Assembly (NCBI GenBank): GCA_012295275.1
Contig: CM022670.1
Location: 17,236,001 to 17,300,000 of the forward strand
From: Chrysomallon squamiferum
Taxonomy: Eukaryota; Animalia; Mollusca
Length of the DNA stretch: 64,000 nucleotides
Direction: 5' to 3'
The notes beneath the pieces are model-generated. The model made no database searches. It saw only the letters and a program-made list of their open reading frames with translations, and was not told the DNA's origin. Of this stretch, positions 40,389 to 55,302 are shown in pieces. The position numbers and the translations under genes were made by a program. Position 1 is the first letter of the stretch. Each line of letters starts with the position of its first letter.

Positions 40389-40600
40389 CTGTAATGAAAT
40401 TAGTTTGTTTGTACGTAATCCGGTATATAAAGTAAAACTGATTCTTCTATCAAGTCCACGTGCGAACTGTAGTTAGTGTACAACCTAACACTAGCTTCTG
40501 TTTTCTTCCGGACCGACATTCTTGCAGCTCCGCCCACTGACAGTGATTGACAGAAAAACTGTAACCAATGAACGAGCGCTGTCTACTCTTGTTCTACATG
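40389..40600 (-). promoter_or_regulatory. Putative promoter and first non-coding exon, probably of the protocadherin
   Basis: CpG-retaining patch with CCAAT (40565), GC box CCGCCC (40530) and ETS CTTCCGG (40505). These are followed on the minus strand by a consensus donor CAG|GTAAGC at 40389/40388. Confidence 0.55.
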
Positions 40601-42614
40601 GTCTTGTTTGCTTTAGATATCGAAATATTACCAGTCATAGATAAATTGCTCATCTCTACAGTTGTGTATTGATCCAAGTAAAAGGATATCAGTGTTTGAT
40701 GAAGTTAAAAAAAGACCATTCTCTGACGAAAGCTGATATTTAGTGTGTGAACGCTGATTACACAGTCTTATATTGAACAAATCGTTCGTACCGAACGTAT
40801 TGATAAAATAGTTATACTAATTTTGACAATATTGTGATTAAATTAATTATAAGTCATCTATATATGATTTTTGAACTGATATCAGCGAGACTTTTATGTG
40901 TTACAACACCGTCTTAGTTATTATGTTACCATTCTAACAAACAAGCAAATTTGGTGCACAAAAGTGCAAAATAACTTGCATGATAATCATTTCATGTCAC
41001 AGTTACGTCTGTAATTCGTATTTTTAGTTCCCTGCCGTCATGAAGGTAAAGGATAGCATACCTGATTGATAAATGATCGATGTAGATGTATATTTTTAAT
41101 CGCTGATACGTTTTAATACAAATCTTCAAGCAGTAGAAATTATAACTTACTTTAACCATGTTCAGACGCCATTTATGTTTTACAGTCGGGGTATTTGACA
41201 GATACGAACAATGATATACTGAACAATATGTAACGTATTAAAATATGCATAATATTTTTTTTTTTATAAACACATACAACAGAGTACTGTTGGATGTAGT
41301 ATTATGTATCTGTGTATCGATATATCTAACTATCTATCAGACTATCCATATATTAATACTTATAACATAATTTACGTTTTTTCTGTGAGTTATTTTTGGA
41401 AAGACAATCTGTACAATTACAGAACATAATGAAGTGTTTGTGCAGAAAAAATTTAGATTTTATTATCAAACCAAAATATAAATATTTTAAATATAACACT
41501 GATTACTTGTCAGTAATCCTTTGAAATGGGCTTCAGTAATTTCTGAACATATTTAGAAGACCCTGGCTGGAATGCTTAATTAATCCAAAAGATAATCAAT
41601 GTGAAGATTTCTGCAGTTATTTTAAAACACATTCTGTTCTTAACTGCACATATCAGGTTTAGGTAACTATGCAAACACTTAATCTGGTTTTATAAAGAAG
41701 AATGTTATATGAGAAGAAATAATATTTGGAAAAATATTTCACTTTAATGGCAAACAATATATATAGATACAATTATACTGAACAACATTCAGATATTCGA
41801 AGCACAGTATATATTTTGTTAATTTCAGGTAAGTTTTTAAAAAAGATTTAATAAAACTATTCTTTATTTAAAAACATCTAACTATTAACGTAATCAAGGT
41901 ATGTGTTCTAGCAAGCAAATGTATGTTAAGCACCTGTAAAACTGATCACCTACCTGTCCATTTCACAGATAACTATTTGAAGAAGTTGGTGAGTCCCCCA
42001 AACTGAGACTGTTGACAAAATCAGCAGAACAATGCAGTGTATGTGGTGTATCTCTGGTTGACACATTCAATATTGACGAGGAATACAACACACTGGGAAA
42101 ATATAGGAAGTTGGTCTTGTGGGAGCATAACTGATATTTGTTAAACACTGGTTTGTCATTCTCGTAGGTTTCTCATTTCTCATTGTTGATACAGAATACC
42201 AGAATATAATTTTTAATTTTTTTTTTTTATAAATAATAATAAAAAAATAAAAAAACAGGGCTCCAGAAATGGTGTGGGAAGATATTTCAAAAGTATGAAA
42301 AATTATTATCATTTTTAAAGAATTGAGATAAACACTTTCTGAGATTATTTTTGTTATGCATTTTCAATTTTTTAATTTATTTATCTATTCTTAATATTAT
42401 TATTTTTTTTTTGACAAGTCAGGTGTCCCAAGACATTATCTGTGTTGACATGTTGATTTTCTTTAAATAAATATTTGTCATACACTGTTAGATTTTTATA
42501 AAAAAAAAAAGTATTTTAATTATTTTTCAGTTTATGACTCAATGATTTTGAAAGTCAGTGAAAGCTCATTAGATTTATTGTTTTGACCTTTTACATGTGT
42601 ATATGTGCTCTATC

Positions 42615-42651
<37 letters not shown>

Positions 42652-45600
42652 GTATGCATGTATGTATGTATGTATATGTATTTATGTATGCATGCATGTT
42701 TGTATGTATATGTTTGTATTTATATATGTTTGTACCTGTAATACTGTTTTATATGTAGTCTGATTTTCTGTCATCAAATACTTGACATAACTTGCATCTT
42801 GAACAGATTTAGGTGCATATCATTAATAAAAATGGATAATTCTTTTAATTATTTCACTTCAAAGTCTTTTTTTTTTATTTTTTATTTTTACTTTTTTCTT
42901 CTCATTCCTTTCAAAAAATCTAATCCACTTTTGACCAAAATGATATACATATTTTCTTTTTTTTGAAATCAGGAAGTCATCCACATGTTTTTAATTTCTA
43001 CAACTTCATCAGAGCCTCTTTATCTCAGGTTAGCTGTACAGATGTAAGTGTTTTTATTTTTGTTTGTTGCAGAAGAGTGTTTAATCTGTGGAGTATGGCT
43101 CGGTGCACACACACTGAACAAATTAAACACCAGACTCCTACAGGAAGCCTCCTTAGTAAGACTGACAAGTGAAAAAGACATAAGTTAGTAAATCAAAGGT
43201 TGGCATGTAATCCAAGATTACGTGGAATGCTGTCAGACACACGCACTGTAGTAATTTGCTTATCAGTAATTTCGGGTTTAGTTCGTACGTTTTTATTTTT
43301 ATGATTTGAAATGATCTGTTGTTTGTTAAACAATTCAGTACGGATTTTTAAAGACCATTAATTTAAAAAAATATATATATATATATAAATAATTTTTTTT
43401 TTTTTTTTGAATATTTATATATATTCAAGTTTGAAAGAAAAATATTCAATACCAAATTTTGATTAGTATCATATATGATCAGATTTGTTTGTAGGAAACT
43501 ATTACTGTCTCCTATAGTTGCTTCACTGTTTTTTTTGTTTTTCTTCAGATTCCTAGAATTCTGAAAATCAGTATTGTCTTTATTCTAATATAGAAACTAA
43601 AAGAAGCAGACTTCTCTCTTGTTTTTATCAACAGCAAAAATTTTAAAAAGATGAATAAACTTGACACCAGTCTAGGATAAAGTGTTTATTTTGTGTTTTT
43701 ATCCCTTGTGGTGAGTTTATTCATTTAGACAGAAGTTAATTAATGGAGGGTGAGCACACAGTCCCCTGACCCGCAGAATGCAAGTTTAAACACAACCCTT
43801 GTTTCTAATCTTCCATCCACAATCTCTCACACACCAAACGTGAGAGAAAGAATGACATTCAGACACCGTCCACATTATTTTCATTTTGTTCTTCTTCAAA
43901 TATGTCCAAGTCTTCAAAACTGACCATTTGCACTGGACAATGTCCCCATGGGTGTTAGGACTTCGGCCATATGTTCCTGGTGAGCTGATTGCTACAGACT
44001 CTGGCCAGAGCAGGTGGAATAGAGAGGAGGGAGGAAATTAGTAAAATGTTTGTGTCACAAATGATTTCATCCAATTATAAAGATGAATGGTGGTCTCCAA
44101 ATATAGAATATTTTGTTAACAAATCTTAATTGAATTGCCATTAAAATGCTGTCACATACAGTAAGATTATTTTAATGTTCTTGACATTGATTTTAATTTG
44201 TTCAAAATTCGTTTTAATGAACAGACATTTGTTTTAATGTATGGACATTGATTTTAGTGTACTTGACATTGATTTTAATTTACTCAACGTTGGTTTTAAC
44301 ATATTGAATTTGTTACTAATACAAAAAAAAAAAAAAAAATTAAAATCCTGATATTTGAAAATTATTTTGATATTGAAGGCTTTCTATGTTTTCTTAAAGT
44401 TTAATTTTAAAATACATTTAAATGAATCCTAATTTCAAGTACTGAAACTGAGAAGTACCAACTGAAATATTAACAAAGATTTATAAAACAATAAACATAT
44501 CTTACACAGTAAGAAATATTAATATACTGCCGTCAACAGTTTAATATAGATAAATATTACACTCTAAAAAAATATGTAATTTGTGTTTTTACATTTAAAT
44601 CAATTAATGAACACTTTTTATATGCAATATTCACCATGTTGTCAGTAAATTGATTTTTTTGTGTAGAGAAAGGAAAATATTGCATGAACTTTTTCAGAAT
44701 AAAAATCAGATGCCCAACCTTTGACAAATCCTCCATAGGGAACCAGTAGGGATGGGAAAAAGTACATTAAGGAGGTTTGATCATATAATCTATTATATCT
44801 TATTCGAACTATAACCAGTAATTTTGTCTTATATATGTGTGAAATTAAGCTAAAAAGTATGTTACAAATTTTTTAAAAAGTGTATGTGAAATTAAGTAAA
44901 AAATGTGTTTGTATTTTAATTTTTTTTTAAAGTTCATATCAAATTAATTTAAGTAAAAAAGTATGTATGAAATTAAGTAAAAATTATGTGCAAAATTGAT
45001 TTGTAACAAGCATGTATGAAATTATTCTAAATTATGTGAAAAATTGATTTGTAATAAGCATGTATGAAATTATTTTAGGTAAAAAACGGTATTGATTTTT
45101 GAATTTAGGTAAAAAATATCAATGAAATTAAAAAGGTCATCTATTTTACATTTCTGACAGATACTAAATCACAGAAATATATTTTATGACATTTCACTGA
45201 TAGCATGACACAGTGTCAAATGACAGACTTTATTTAAACTTTCAGTAAAAGCTGTCTCTGATGTGATTAAATTATCAAACTGCAGTGACAAAATCTGTAA
45301 CCTCTTCAGTAATTAACTCCATATAAACCATTTTGTCCATCTCACCTTGAGACAAAGACTGAGTCAGTTTCGTTGTGTTGAGGTCGTGAAATCCTGGAAA
45401 TGAATAAAAAGCTTTCATTTGCTTTTGACTTGAGGCAGTCCTTCATAAAGTAGATGGGATAAAAAGACAAAATTTCAGCCAGTTGAGTTTTTTGTTTGTT
45501 TTATAATCCCTTTTTGTCAATTAACCTCCAAATACCAAAGTAATGCATGGTTGAAAATGTCTTCCCGGATAGCCATTAATCATGTCCCAACACAATAAGT

Positions 45601-48263
45601 ACTATCATTAGATACCCAGTCAGTGTTAAAAGAAGCTCAATGTTGCTTCATCAATTTGCTCCACTACGAGTCTGTCATCTCAGCATGCTTTCTGAGACAA
45701 AAGTAAAGTGCTTTGTTGAATAAAAAAAAAACCCACAGACATGGATTAAGTGGGGTGGTCAGTAATATGTTAGGAGACTGGACAGAGTACAGTGACTTTG
45801 TAGTAAACTGGACAGTACTTAGTTTGTGAATAGGGCGAAGGTCACCAGATCATATATGTTTAACGTCATTCTGAGCTTTTTTCTTTAGTTTCCAAGTTTT
45901 TGTTTTCATATTATTTCATTTTTGATTTTGATTTCTTTTTATTTCAGCACTGTGAGATTTAAAAAAAAGTTTTCACCATAATTCAGATTTATGTTTTTTA
46001 TGATCATAAACTGGTCATCAGCCTTCGTCAAAGGATAGATTGATCTTATTTTTTGTAGTAATAGTCTCATTTCATCTGTTTTTATCTGATATTAGCATCT
46101 GAATGTTTTAACATTATTTTCAAGCATCTAGGAAAAAGTTCTTTCTATTTTTCTTTTTGATGATCACAAATTGGTTAGATGTATTTCTCAAAGGTCAGAA
46201 TGATTTCATCATTATTTCGTAATTATATATTCTCTTTTCATCTGTTTTCGTCTGCTGTTGGGCTCTGAATGTTTTAAAGTAATTTTCAAGGCATGTAGGT
46301 ATGATTGCTTTCGTGAATGCTATATATGGACGTTAATGTAATAGCAGTCAACCTAATTGGTGAACTAACTTATCGAAATGTCTGAGCTCCCGCTCGCAGT
46401 GACAGCCTCAGAGTTTTAACCCTGATTAGTGAGATTTCATACACAGATATCACTCTGAAGACCTGTGACATGTTTGCTGAACTAATCTGATCTGGAAAGA
46501 TTAACACTGAGAAGGCTTACTGCAGTTACTTAACCCTCAACCTACCACAGTTCCAAACAGCCACCTTCATTGCACAGACTCTGTACAGTAAAATAAATTC
46601 AACATGAAGCAGTCTTATGGAGTGTACTTCTGTAAACTGAGAAACAGAAGCTCTTTTTTTTTTTTACCTTGAAATAAGTCTACTTTTCACATTTCAACAA
46701 CAGTCAAAACAAATCTGCTCTACTACCTATGGGAAGGAGTATGTAAAATGTCTCTTACAGCTAATTTTTGAGATGGTCCACTATGGCTGATGACAGTTGT
46801 TGATTTATATCACATAATCAATATGCATAAAGCACAGTAATTTCACACCTGGTAACTGTTACTATTAGAATGTCTTCATTAAGCACTAACAGTATTTTTA
46901 TATTTTGTTACAGAGACTTTAATAAAGATAATGTAGAGAGGAAAATTACTTGTCACACACACTCACACATAAATATACAATACCGAGCAAAGATTAAAAT
47001 AACATTGCTTTCAAACAATCCTTTCAGCTGATTATGATTTCCCTGTTCTGATTACTCGTAGACAAATTACCGTAAATAAAGAGAAAACTCAGACTAGTTG
47101 TATTCCCCAGCTGACCTACGTATCACTGCATTATTCATTTTACCATGATATCCAGCTCTTTGATGTTTAATGGTTTGGACACTGGCGTTCTGTTTTAACA
47201 CAAAACTGACAGTTAACCGTTTCATGAAAAGAGGAACAGCAACAGTGCGAAAACATTTAAAAATGACAGTGCTGGTATGAAGGACATCTTTTCTACAAAA
47301 CAGGAATTAACTAATTCCAGGAAATATAATGACAAATAACACATATATAATTTTTGTATAAAAAAAGAGGTAACATTGAATATATAAAGTAATATTAGAA
47401 TTTTACAGGATCTTTCAAAGAATTTGAAATGTGATTAAAAAGACAAATATCTGGAGGGAAAGAGGAAGATTCAGTAGAAATACATAAGTGAGGTGATATT
47501 AATGTTTTGTAATTTCTACCAAAATATTCAGTGGTATACTGTAGGGGTAAAAGGTTTTTGTAGTTGACAGTATCAAAACAAATAATAATAAAAATAATAA
47601 TAACAATAATACAGTAGTTGTTAAATGTTTTTATAGATAAAAAACCCCAAAACATCTGACAAAGAGATAAGAATCATCGTCAGAGATATGCAATAGTTGT
47701 ACAATATTTCTGTAAAGAAAGAGTCCCAAGACAATACTACTGCTACTACTATTGATACTACAACTACTACTGCTACTGCTGTTAATAAAAATAAAAAAAA
47801 ATAATAATAATAATCAATGGTATACAATTTTATTACATTTAAAAAAATATATATCTTCAATGGTTTAGAGTAGAAAAAACATTTTTGTAGATGGCAGTAA
47901 GTCAGTTTATTTAGTGGGGTGGGGACACAACCCCACCCACTGCCTGTTTCAAGTGTACAGACAAATGTTTTAAAAGAGGAAAGATGTAGCTGGGACTATC
48001 CAGATTATTTGATCACTTGTGTGTGGGGTTGCCAAATCATACGGTGAGTGGATTACAAGATTGTTAAAACAAGGATTCATACACCCAACGTTTACTGTGT
48101 AAATTAAACAAACACTCACAACTGGTTGACTGAATTCTAATAGAGTTTACAGTTTAATAAATACATGTAGTTTAAGCTTCTGTAAGAAATTCAGAAATAA
48201 TAATTATTATCTGTTTTGTAATCTTTTTTTGTGTAAGTGTAATTACAGGAAATATAAGCTAGA

Positions 48264-48264
<1 letters not shown>

Positions 48265-48348
<84 letters not shown>
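48265..48348. repeat. (CT)n(CA)n compound microsatellite
   Basis: Read directly from the sequence. Confidence 0.95.
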
Positions 48349-48349
<1 letters not shown>

Positions 48350-48804
48350 ACCAAATTATTTTGCAAAACATTTTAGTATTTATTTGTAATATTGAATAAA
48401 ATAAAGAACTATTTAAAACCAAATTATTATTTTTGGGTATATTTATTACACTGCTACAAGTGTCACGTATTTCTGGGAAATATTATTTATCAAACAACAT
48501 TGAAAAATCTGTGCTAATCAATACCTGAAGCAAACCAAGAAAACAAAACAAAAAAACAAAAAAAGAAAAGAAAAAGATTCTAAGTCAACAGGTACATTAA
48601 ACTGATTACTTTGACCTGTGATGTTTCCAAAACAAACAGCTGATTAAATCTTAGAGTGGAGAACACACAAAACTATCTTCCTCAATCTTCAAACATCTCT
48701 CTTTGTACATTCACTGTTTACAAAATACACCTAATACATAAACAAGGTAGTGACAGTACACTGAAAAGAAAGGCAGCCATTTTAATGAATATATTTCCAG
48801 TTTG

Positions 48805-49125
48805 TTTTCCAAAAGGAATGCGGCCATTCATAATGGAATGCTACTAAAATGTGACTTTTAAAAGTAATGAAAGTCTTTTGAAGGATTATTTCTGTCATAT
48901 TTTTTAAAATAATAAAAGATATTTTTATAATTTCTTTTTTTTTGTTGTTGTTGTTTTTTTAAATTTCTAATGCTTGGAAAACCTCTAACAGAAAGATGTT
49001 CCTAAATGGAAATGCTCATTCACAATGAAATGCTACTGAAATGTGGTATTTAATAATAATATGTGTTTTCAAAAGATTATTTTTATTTTTGTTTAATATT
49101 TCTAATATTTGGAAAATGTTAACAA
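48805..49125. repeat. Old diverged tandem duplication, ~190 bp period
   Basis: CATTCATAATGGAATGCTACTAAAATGTG versus CATTCACAATGAAATGCTACTGAAATGTG, with matching TTTCTAAT..TTGGAAAA downstream in both copies. Confidence 0.65.
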
Positions 49126-50296
49126 AAATAACAAACATGATTAAATCCATCAGTAATAACATTGGTTTGGTGTTTAGAAGCATTGCCAAATAACTGGTTT
49201 ATAAAAGACTGTGGTATGTGTTATCTTGTTACAGACAGATCAACACTGCTGACGATCCATGACTGGCAGAAGTACATTTCTTTATCATCTTACGAAACCA
49301 GTGCATTTGCTAACCATTATCATCAAACATTGATTCATTTTCTAAATAACTTTACACTGGAAAGTTTTATTATCTGTTTAAATTTATCACTAGAAAAACG
49401 TCATGTTTCCACAAACACAGAAGAAATGTTTTACAAAGTGTGATATATTTTTCTGCTCAGAGGAGCAGATTATTAATATCAGATAACAAACTGTCTGTGA
49501 AATCCTCTCAGCGATCCATGTTGACTTTTGATGCCCTAAGTTGATCAGCCATTGTGTTTCGTACACAATACAATTTCAAATCCCATTTTTGATTTTTCGT
49601 TTTTATCTCACAAAGAATACCAGCCAGCTTGCACGAGTCACTGGTCACAATGGAAGCCATTAGCAACATGAATATGTAAATAAAGTAGTGTTTTCTGAAC
49701 AAACATCGTCAGTGGCGAGGATGTGAGACAACCTCTACAACAGCAGATCGCAATGGAGGTGTTGTGAAAACAATGTTCTGTCCCTGACAATCAGATGAAG
49801 AATTTTGAGACATGATGATAATTACTTTTAAAATGTATCGATTTAAGTTAGTCTTTTTTTTAATTATTATTTACTAAGATTTAGTATTCAATTAATATCT
49901 CTGTCACTGAGTGCACAATCTATATTTGCCTTTTATTAAAATAATAAAAAATTTAAAAGTATATGTTCTAAAATCTACATTTAAGATAAAAAGTAACTGT
50001 TTTTGTTATTAATATTATTATTTTTGTTATTATAAATATTTTTAATGTATGACTATTGTAATTAAAAGGTTTTTTTTTGTTGTTAATGTATGCCTACTGT
50101 AATTAAGAATTCTACTCTTTTATTAATGCCTTCCTATTGTAATTAAAGTATTAAAATGCTATTATAAATATGTGCCCATTGTTTTATATGGTTAGTATGA
50201 AAATGCAAAAACATGCACTGTCCTGTTATAAAAATAAAGATTATTTACATCTTTAAACACTAATAACAGAATACTTTACCAACTTCACAAAGTAAA

Positions 50297-50371
50297 ATAT
50301 TTTAATAACATCACAAACTCTGATATTTTAATAACATCACAAACTCTGATATTTTAATAACAGCACAAACT
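50297..50371. repeat. 26-bp tandem repeat, ~3 copies
   Basis: Unit ATATTTTAATAACATCACAAACTCTG. Confidence 0.88.
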
Positions 50372-51378
50372 GTTGAAGTGTTTGACATATAAAAACAAAA
50401 GGTTTTGGAGGTGGGGAGTCTTCAAAAGAAATTCCAGTCATTGGCTTGTAAATTAAAGAATTTGAAATTTGCCAGCAACTAGAGATGTCATTCTGTTATG
50501 ATATTAAAAATTCTTGTCAGTTCTGCATGGCGAAATTTCCTCTTTCATCCGAAGAGACAAAAATCACCACAGGAAGCCAAACTGAAGCACATTCTTCAAA
50601 GCAGCATCAAGTGAATCTGACAAATTTTCAAAACTGTTAATAAATTCGTGTGTGGTGCAGACACTGAAAACAATTACAGAACGAAAATACGGCATCGAGG
50701 ACGGTGTTTACCTACACCAACTTCTGTTGATTCTGAAGATACAGAGTCACTGTACGATTTGACACCCTCGCCATTTTGACATTTCTGATCAAGGGTCACG
50801 ACCTTTTGAAAACAAGATTTCAGTTGGAAAGTAAGGCACCTTATTAAAAAAGATTATGAAATATCCTGGAAAAACTGTGCCTGAAATGAACTCAATTTTA
50901 AAAAATAATAAACCTGAGAAGGGAGGTAAACACTGAACATGCTGTTTGTGTGAAATCTAAGAGAGGACAGAAGAAGATTTAGTTATTTCTAGTTTACTGC
51001 AAGGCTGCTGGACTACAACAGAATATTTTTATTCAAATTAAAGTAAGACCACCATATTGTGAGGAATTATTCATATGAACAAAGCAATTTTTTCATGTTA
51101 AAAGAAATACAGACATTTATTTTCATGTTCAAAACAAGTAAAACAAAATAATGTAGTAGTAGTAGTAATAATAATAATAATAAAATTATAGACCAATTTA
51201 CTGTTATTATTTATTTATCTTTAAAAAGTAGTTTAAATCAGTTTAATATTATGACATATATACTTGAATAATAAAAAGAAAAGAACAAATCTTGGTTTTT
51301 TTTTTTTACAAACAGCTTTATTTCAGTAAATGTATATGTTAGTAAACATTATACCACTTATTATCTATCAGATCATAC

Positions 51379-51427
<49 letters not shown>

Positions 51428-51659
51428 TAAGTATTTTTTATAGTGGATTTTAAATTATTATTGAATTAATTTTCACTTATTTTATGATGGCTTTCATATT
51501 ATTAATGTTGCTTTTTTTTTTATGTCAACACAAAACTGAAATAAATTTAACATTACACCTTAAAGTGTAGAAAATAAAGAAAACACCACTAAACACTTTG
51601 TAAAGTTTTTTTACATACAGAACCTGTCAGTCTGATTTATGTAACTTTTTTCTCATGCT

Positions 51660-51749
51660 TATCTCTCTTTTTCTCTCTTTGTGTCTCTCTCAGTCTGTCT
51701 CTGTTTCTCTCTCTTTGTGTCTCTCTCAGTCTGTCTGTGTTTCTCTCTC

Positions 51750-51792
<43 letters not shown>

Positions 51793-51812
51793 CTCTCTCT
51801 CTGTCTGTCTCA
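51660..51812. repeat. (CT)n-rich microsatellite
   Basis: Read directly from the sequence. Confidence 0.9.
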
Positions 51813-54800
51813 TACTGTGTGACTTTGTGATGTAGTGGCTGTTTGAAAGTAAGATAAATATTTCAGTTGGAATTGCCATCAGAATGAGAACAGTCACTTA
51901 CAGTGCTGAGTGATTTTATTAATATTTTTCTACTCAAGTATTTCTGACATCTGCTTGTCCTGTTAAAGAAATGAACTCATTAACTGACATAAATAAGAAC
52001 TCTGCCACCAGACAGCAAAGTGTTAATTTGACAAGAAACATCAGATATTAGAAGTTAAATACATAGAAGTGAATATAAATAGTTGCATCTTACACATAAC
52101 AATATTTAATTAAATTCAGACTGTTAGCTACCATTGTAATGTCTAGAGTTCTACAACTATATTATTCTGTTAAAGAATTGTTATACATCTTTAACGACAA
52201 AAGATGAAAAATGAGCCAGGTGTGTGAAAAGGTAAACCTGACCAGGTGCAAGGTAACATCAGTTTGATTAATTATCAGTACCTGCAGAAGTAGTTATCTG
52301 TTTAATATCACATCTTGCTCACTTAAAATCACATTTATTATATTATCCATTTCCACTCTGGATACATTCTTCAATCCTAATGACAGTTTCAGAGTTCATC
52401 CATTTTGTCAACAGTCAGAGGTGAAGGAGGCAGGTTCCACCCACACCCATTGCCTGTAAACGATTTCTTTCACCTGCGGACAAAAGTGACAATTTCTCCT
52501 CAGTCAACTCCATTAATTTCTCCAGAAAGCAGTTTTGTACACTCGTGCTGCCCCATCTGTTAACAGCCGTCTCTGTGTGTGTGACTGTTGTAAAGAAATT
52601 CTATCACAAAAGGCGACTCCATTATAACAGAACTTGTTCTGACAGAGAGAGACATGGTGGTCACTCTTGACCAAAGGATCGGTGGTCACCAGTTGAGGCA
52701 TTTCTAACTTCAAAGACATTTTCTCATTGCTAAATAAAGATTTGCTAAGTTTAATATTGCAGAGTAACATTACAATTGAGTTAATTATCAACCTAATTAT
52801 TTATCATTCTGTCCACCTATGTTAAAGGTAGACTGAATTATTGGAATATAGTTGATAAAATTAATGAATTTCAGTTGTGTGTGTGTGTGTGTGTGTGTTT
52901 ATTCATAAACTGAGAGATAAAGTATGTGACTGCAAAATAATTAATTTTCGCACTTAGCTGTACAAATTAACATCCAGTCATTCATTCCAGTAACAAACAC
53001 ATCACATTAATATATGCTACAAAAAGCACAGTAATCCATAAAATAATTTTGTTTCAAAGGCTAATGCATGCTGGTTGTGGACATAAGAGACTGAAGATCA
53101 ATCATGTACACACTGTTCCTAACATTTCATAATTTTATTATCTATTTATCTATCTATGATTCCATCCATCTAATTATTTATTGTTCTATCCACCTAATTT
53201 TCTGTTATTCCATCCATCTAATCATCTATCATTCCAATTATCCATCTAATTATTTATCCATCTACATAATTATGTTTTGATCTACCTAATTATATATACA
53301 TACACACACACACATCTATTATTCCTTTAATCTAATTATCTATTATTCTTATTATTTATCATTTCATCCACATCATTAACCTACACACAGATCTATTATT
53401 CCATCAAAAATGTTTTTCTGTATAAATAATAGTCTGTATTGTTAATGTAAATATCTGCCACAATGCTAATTTAGTAACTAGAGTGTACTCCAGTGAATGG
53501 ACATTATTCTATGTATGTCTATGGGAGAAAATCCTATAAGAGATACTTCCTCAGACTGATTCCCATGACCAATGTTTAATAATGACATTGTTAATTATTT
53601 ATCAGTTCTCATAATCCTTGACAACACAAATTAATTCTCCTTTGTACACCAACATGACCACAGTTGATCTCAATCCCATGATTCTTTGTGAAATTTCAAA
53701 TAAGAGCTTGTTTAATATCCGCAGCCCGCGGCCCAAGAAATATGAAGCAATTTGTTGATGATCTGCAGGAACAAACTCAACAGAGCAGATGCTGAAGAGT
53801 AAACAGACCTCCCTGCCCTACATACACTGAGTCAATTACAACATGGAATAAACTGTCTCTCTCTTTCTCTTCCTTGTTACAAGGTATGTTTGGAGAAAGA
53901 GACAAGTTTCTTTTTCTCTCCATCTCCCTTCTTCTCTCACTCTTTCTCTTTTTCTCTCCCTTTTTCTTCCTCCCTTCCTCTCCCTTTCTCCCCCTGCCAC
54001 TCTCCCCACCCCCCCTCTCTCTCTCTCTCTTAAAACACACACAGTAACCAGAGTTTCCTCAGCTCCTACCACCGACTTCAATGCAAGCCATCAGCAGTTG
54101 TGATTTATTGACAGTTTAGTCAATCGATTGATGTATTACTTTGATCCTGAAGGTTTAAATTGAGGTAAACATTGCTGTGTAATTTTGAGAAATCGATGTC
54201 TTTAAGAAGCCGATTTCTCTAATGATTCTGTTTTATACGGCCGACGTGCGTTATTAGTCAAAAACGTATTTTTTGAAAAAATTGAATTATCCACATCAGT
54301 CAGTGATATTAATGTAGGTGTAATGACGAGTCATCATTATATGTAAACTGCCACAAATATTTGCTAGTTGTTTTTCATTATAACTATAAATATTTATTAC
54401 TTGCTACCAATGTATATATATAATTATGTGTGTCTGTATATTTGTCTGATTATACGAGTGTCTTGTGCATGTCCACATCTTTGTGTGCAAATGTATTTGT
54501 CTATCTTCACTTTTACAAGTTTCTTTCTGAAAAAAAATGAAAAAAAAAAAAACAATAAAATATATTTATAAGAAAAAAAGTCTAAGATGCTAAGCCAAAA
54601 TCAGATTTATTATTTCTTAATCTCTACACAAAATTTGATTTGAAATGATACAAATTAAAAAAATCTAATTTTCCTTCTTGTATGATTACGAATGGTTATC
54701 ATAATCAAAAAATAATAAAATAACAACAGTACCACTTGAACCAAATTAGCTGCCCTTCTTATTTGTTACTCATCATGTAATCAGCCGCAGATATTTAATT

Positions 54801-55271
54801 TGGGACCTGCAAGATTTAACAGAATCAGAGATGCTAAAGTGACCCTTGGACAAGAGAAACGGTGAGAAAATATAATGATATCTAGCCACACATTACCCCA
54901 GGGCACAGGAAGCAGAAGAGAAAGTCATTATATAGGCCATTAGGGGGGTAAAAAGCACACGGTGGTTTTAGTAAAATTAGCATGTATTTGAAGCGGGTCT
55001 GTTGTTTGCAGATTGCTAATGGATGATTCAGCCATTGCAGGCTGCTTGAGGCTTGTTGTATCTGTTTACAAAACATCTCCTCCTGGACTCCTCACAAACA
55101 CAGAAACACAGTGTCACGCTGCACTTCCTGCTGTCATTCTCTTACATAAAGAATCTTACTCCAGAATTTTTTTTTAAATATCCATTGATAAAAAAAAAAA
55201 AAATACAGACACTGATGAGTTTTTGAAGTCTTTTGGTGACAAATGTTGTTGTTTTTTTGTATTAATATGCC

Positions 55272-55302
<31 letters not shown>

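Noticed and set aside
52003-52020. CTCF-like GCCACCAGACAGCA, and a CGCT box at ~40577 recalling vertebrate Pcdh promoter elements
   Set aside because: The match lacks the core GG positions, and a 4-mer is uninformative.
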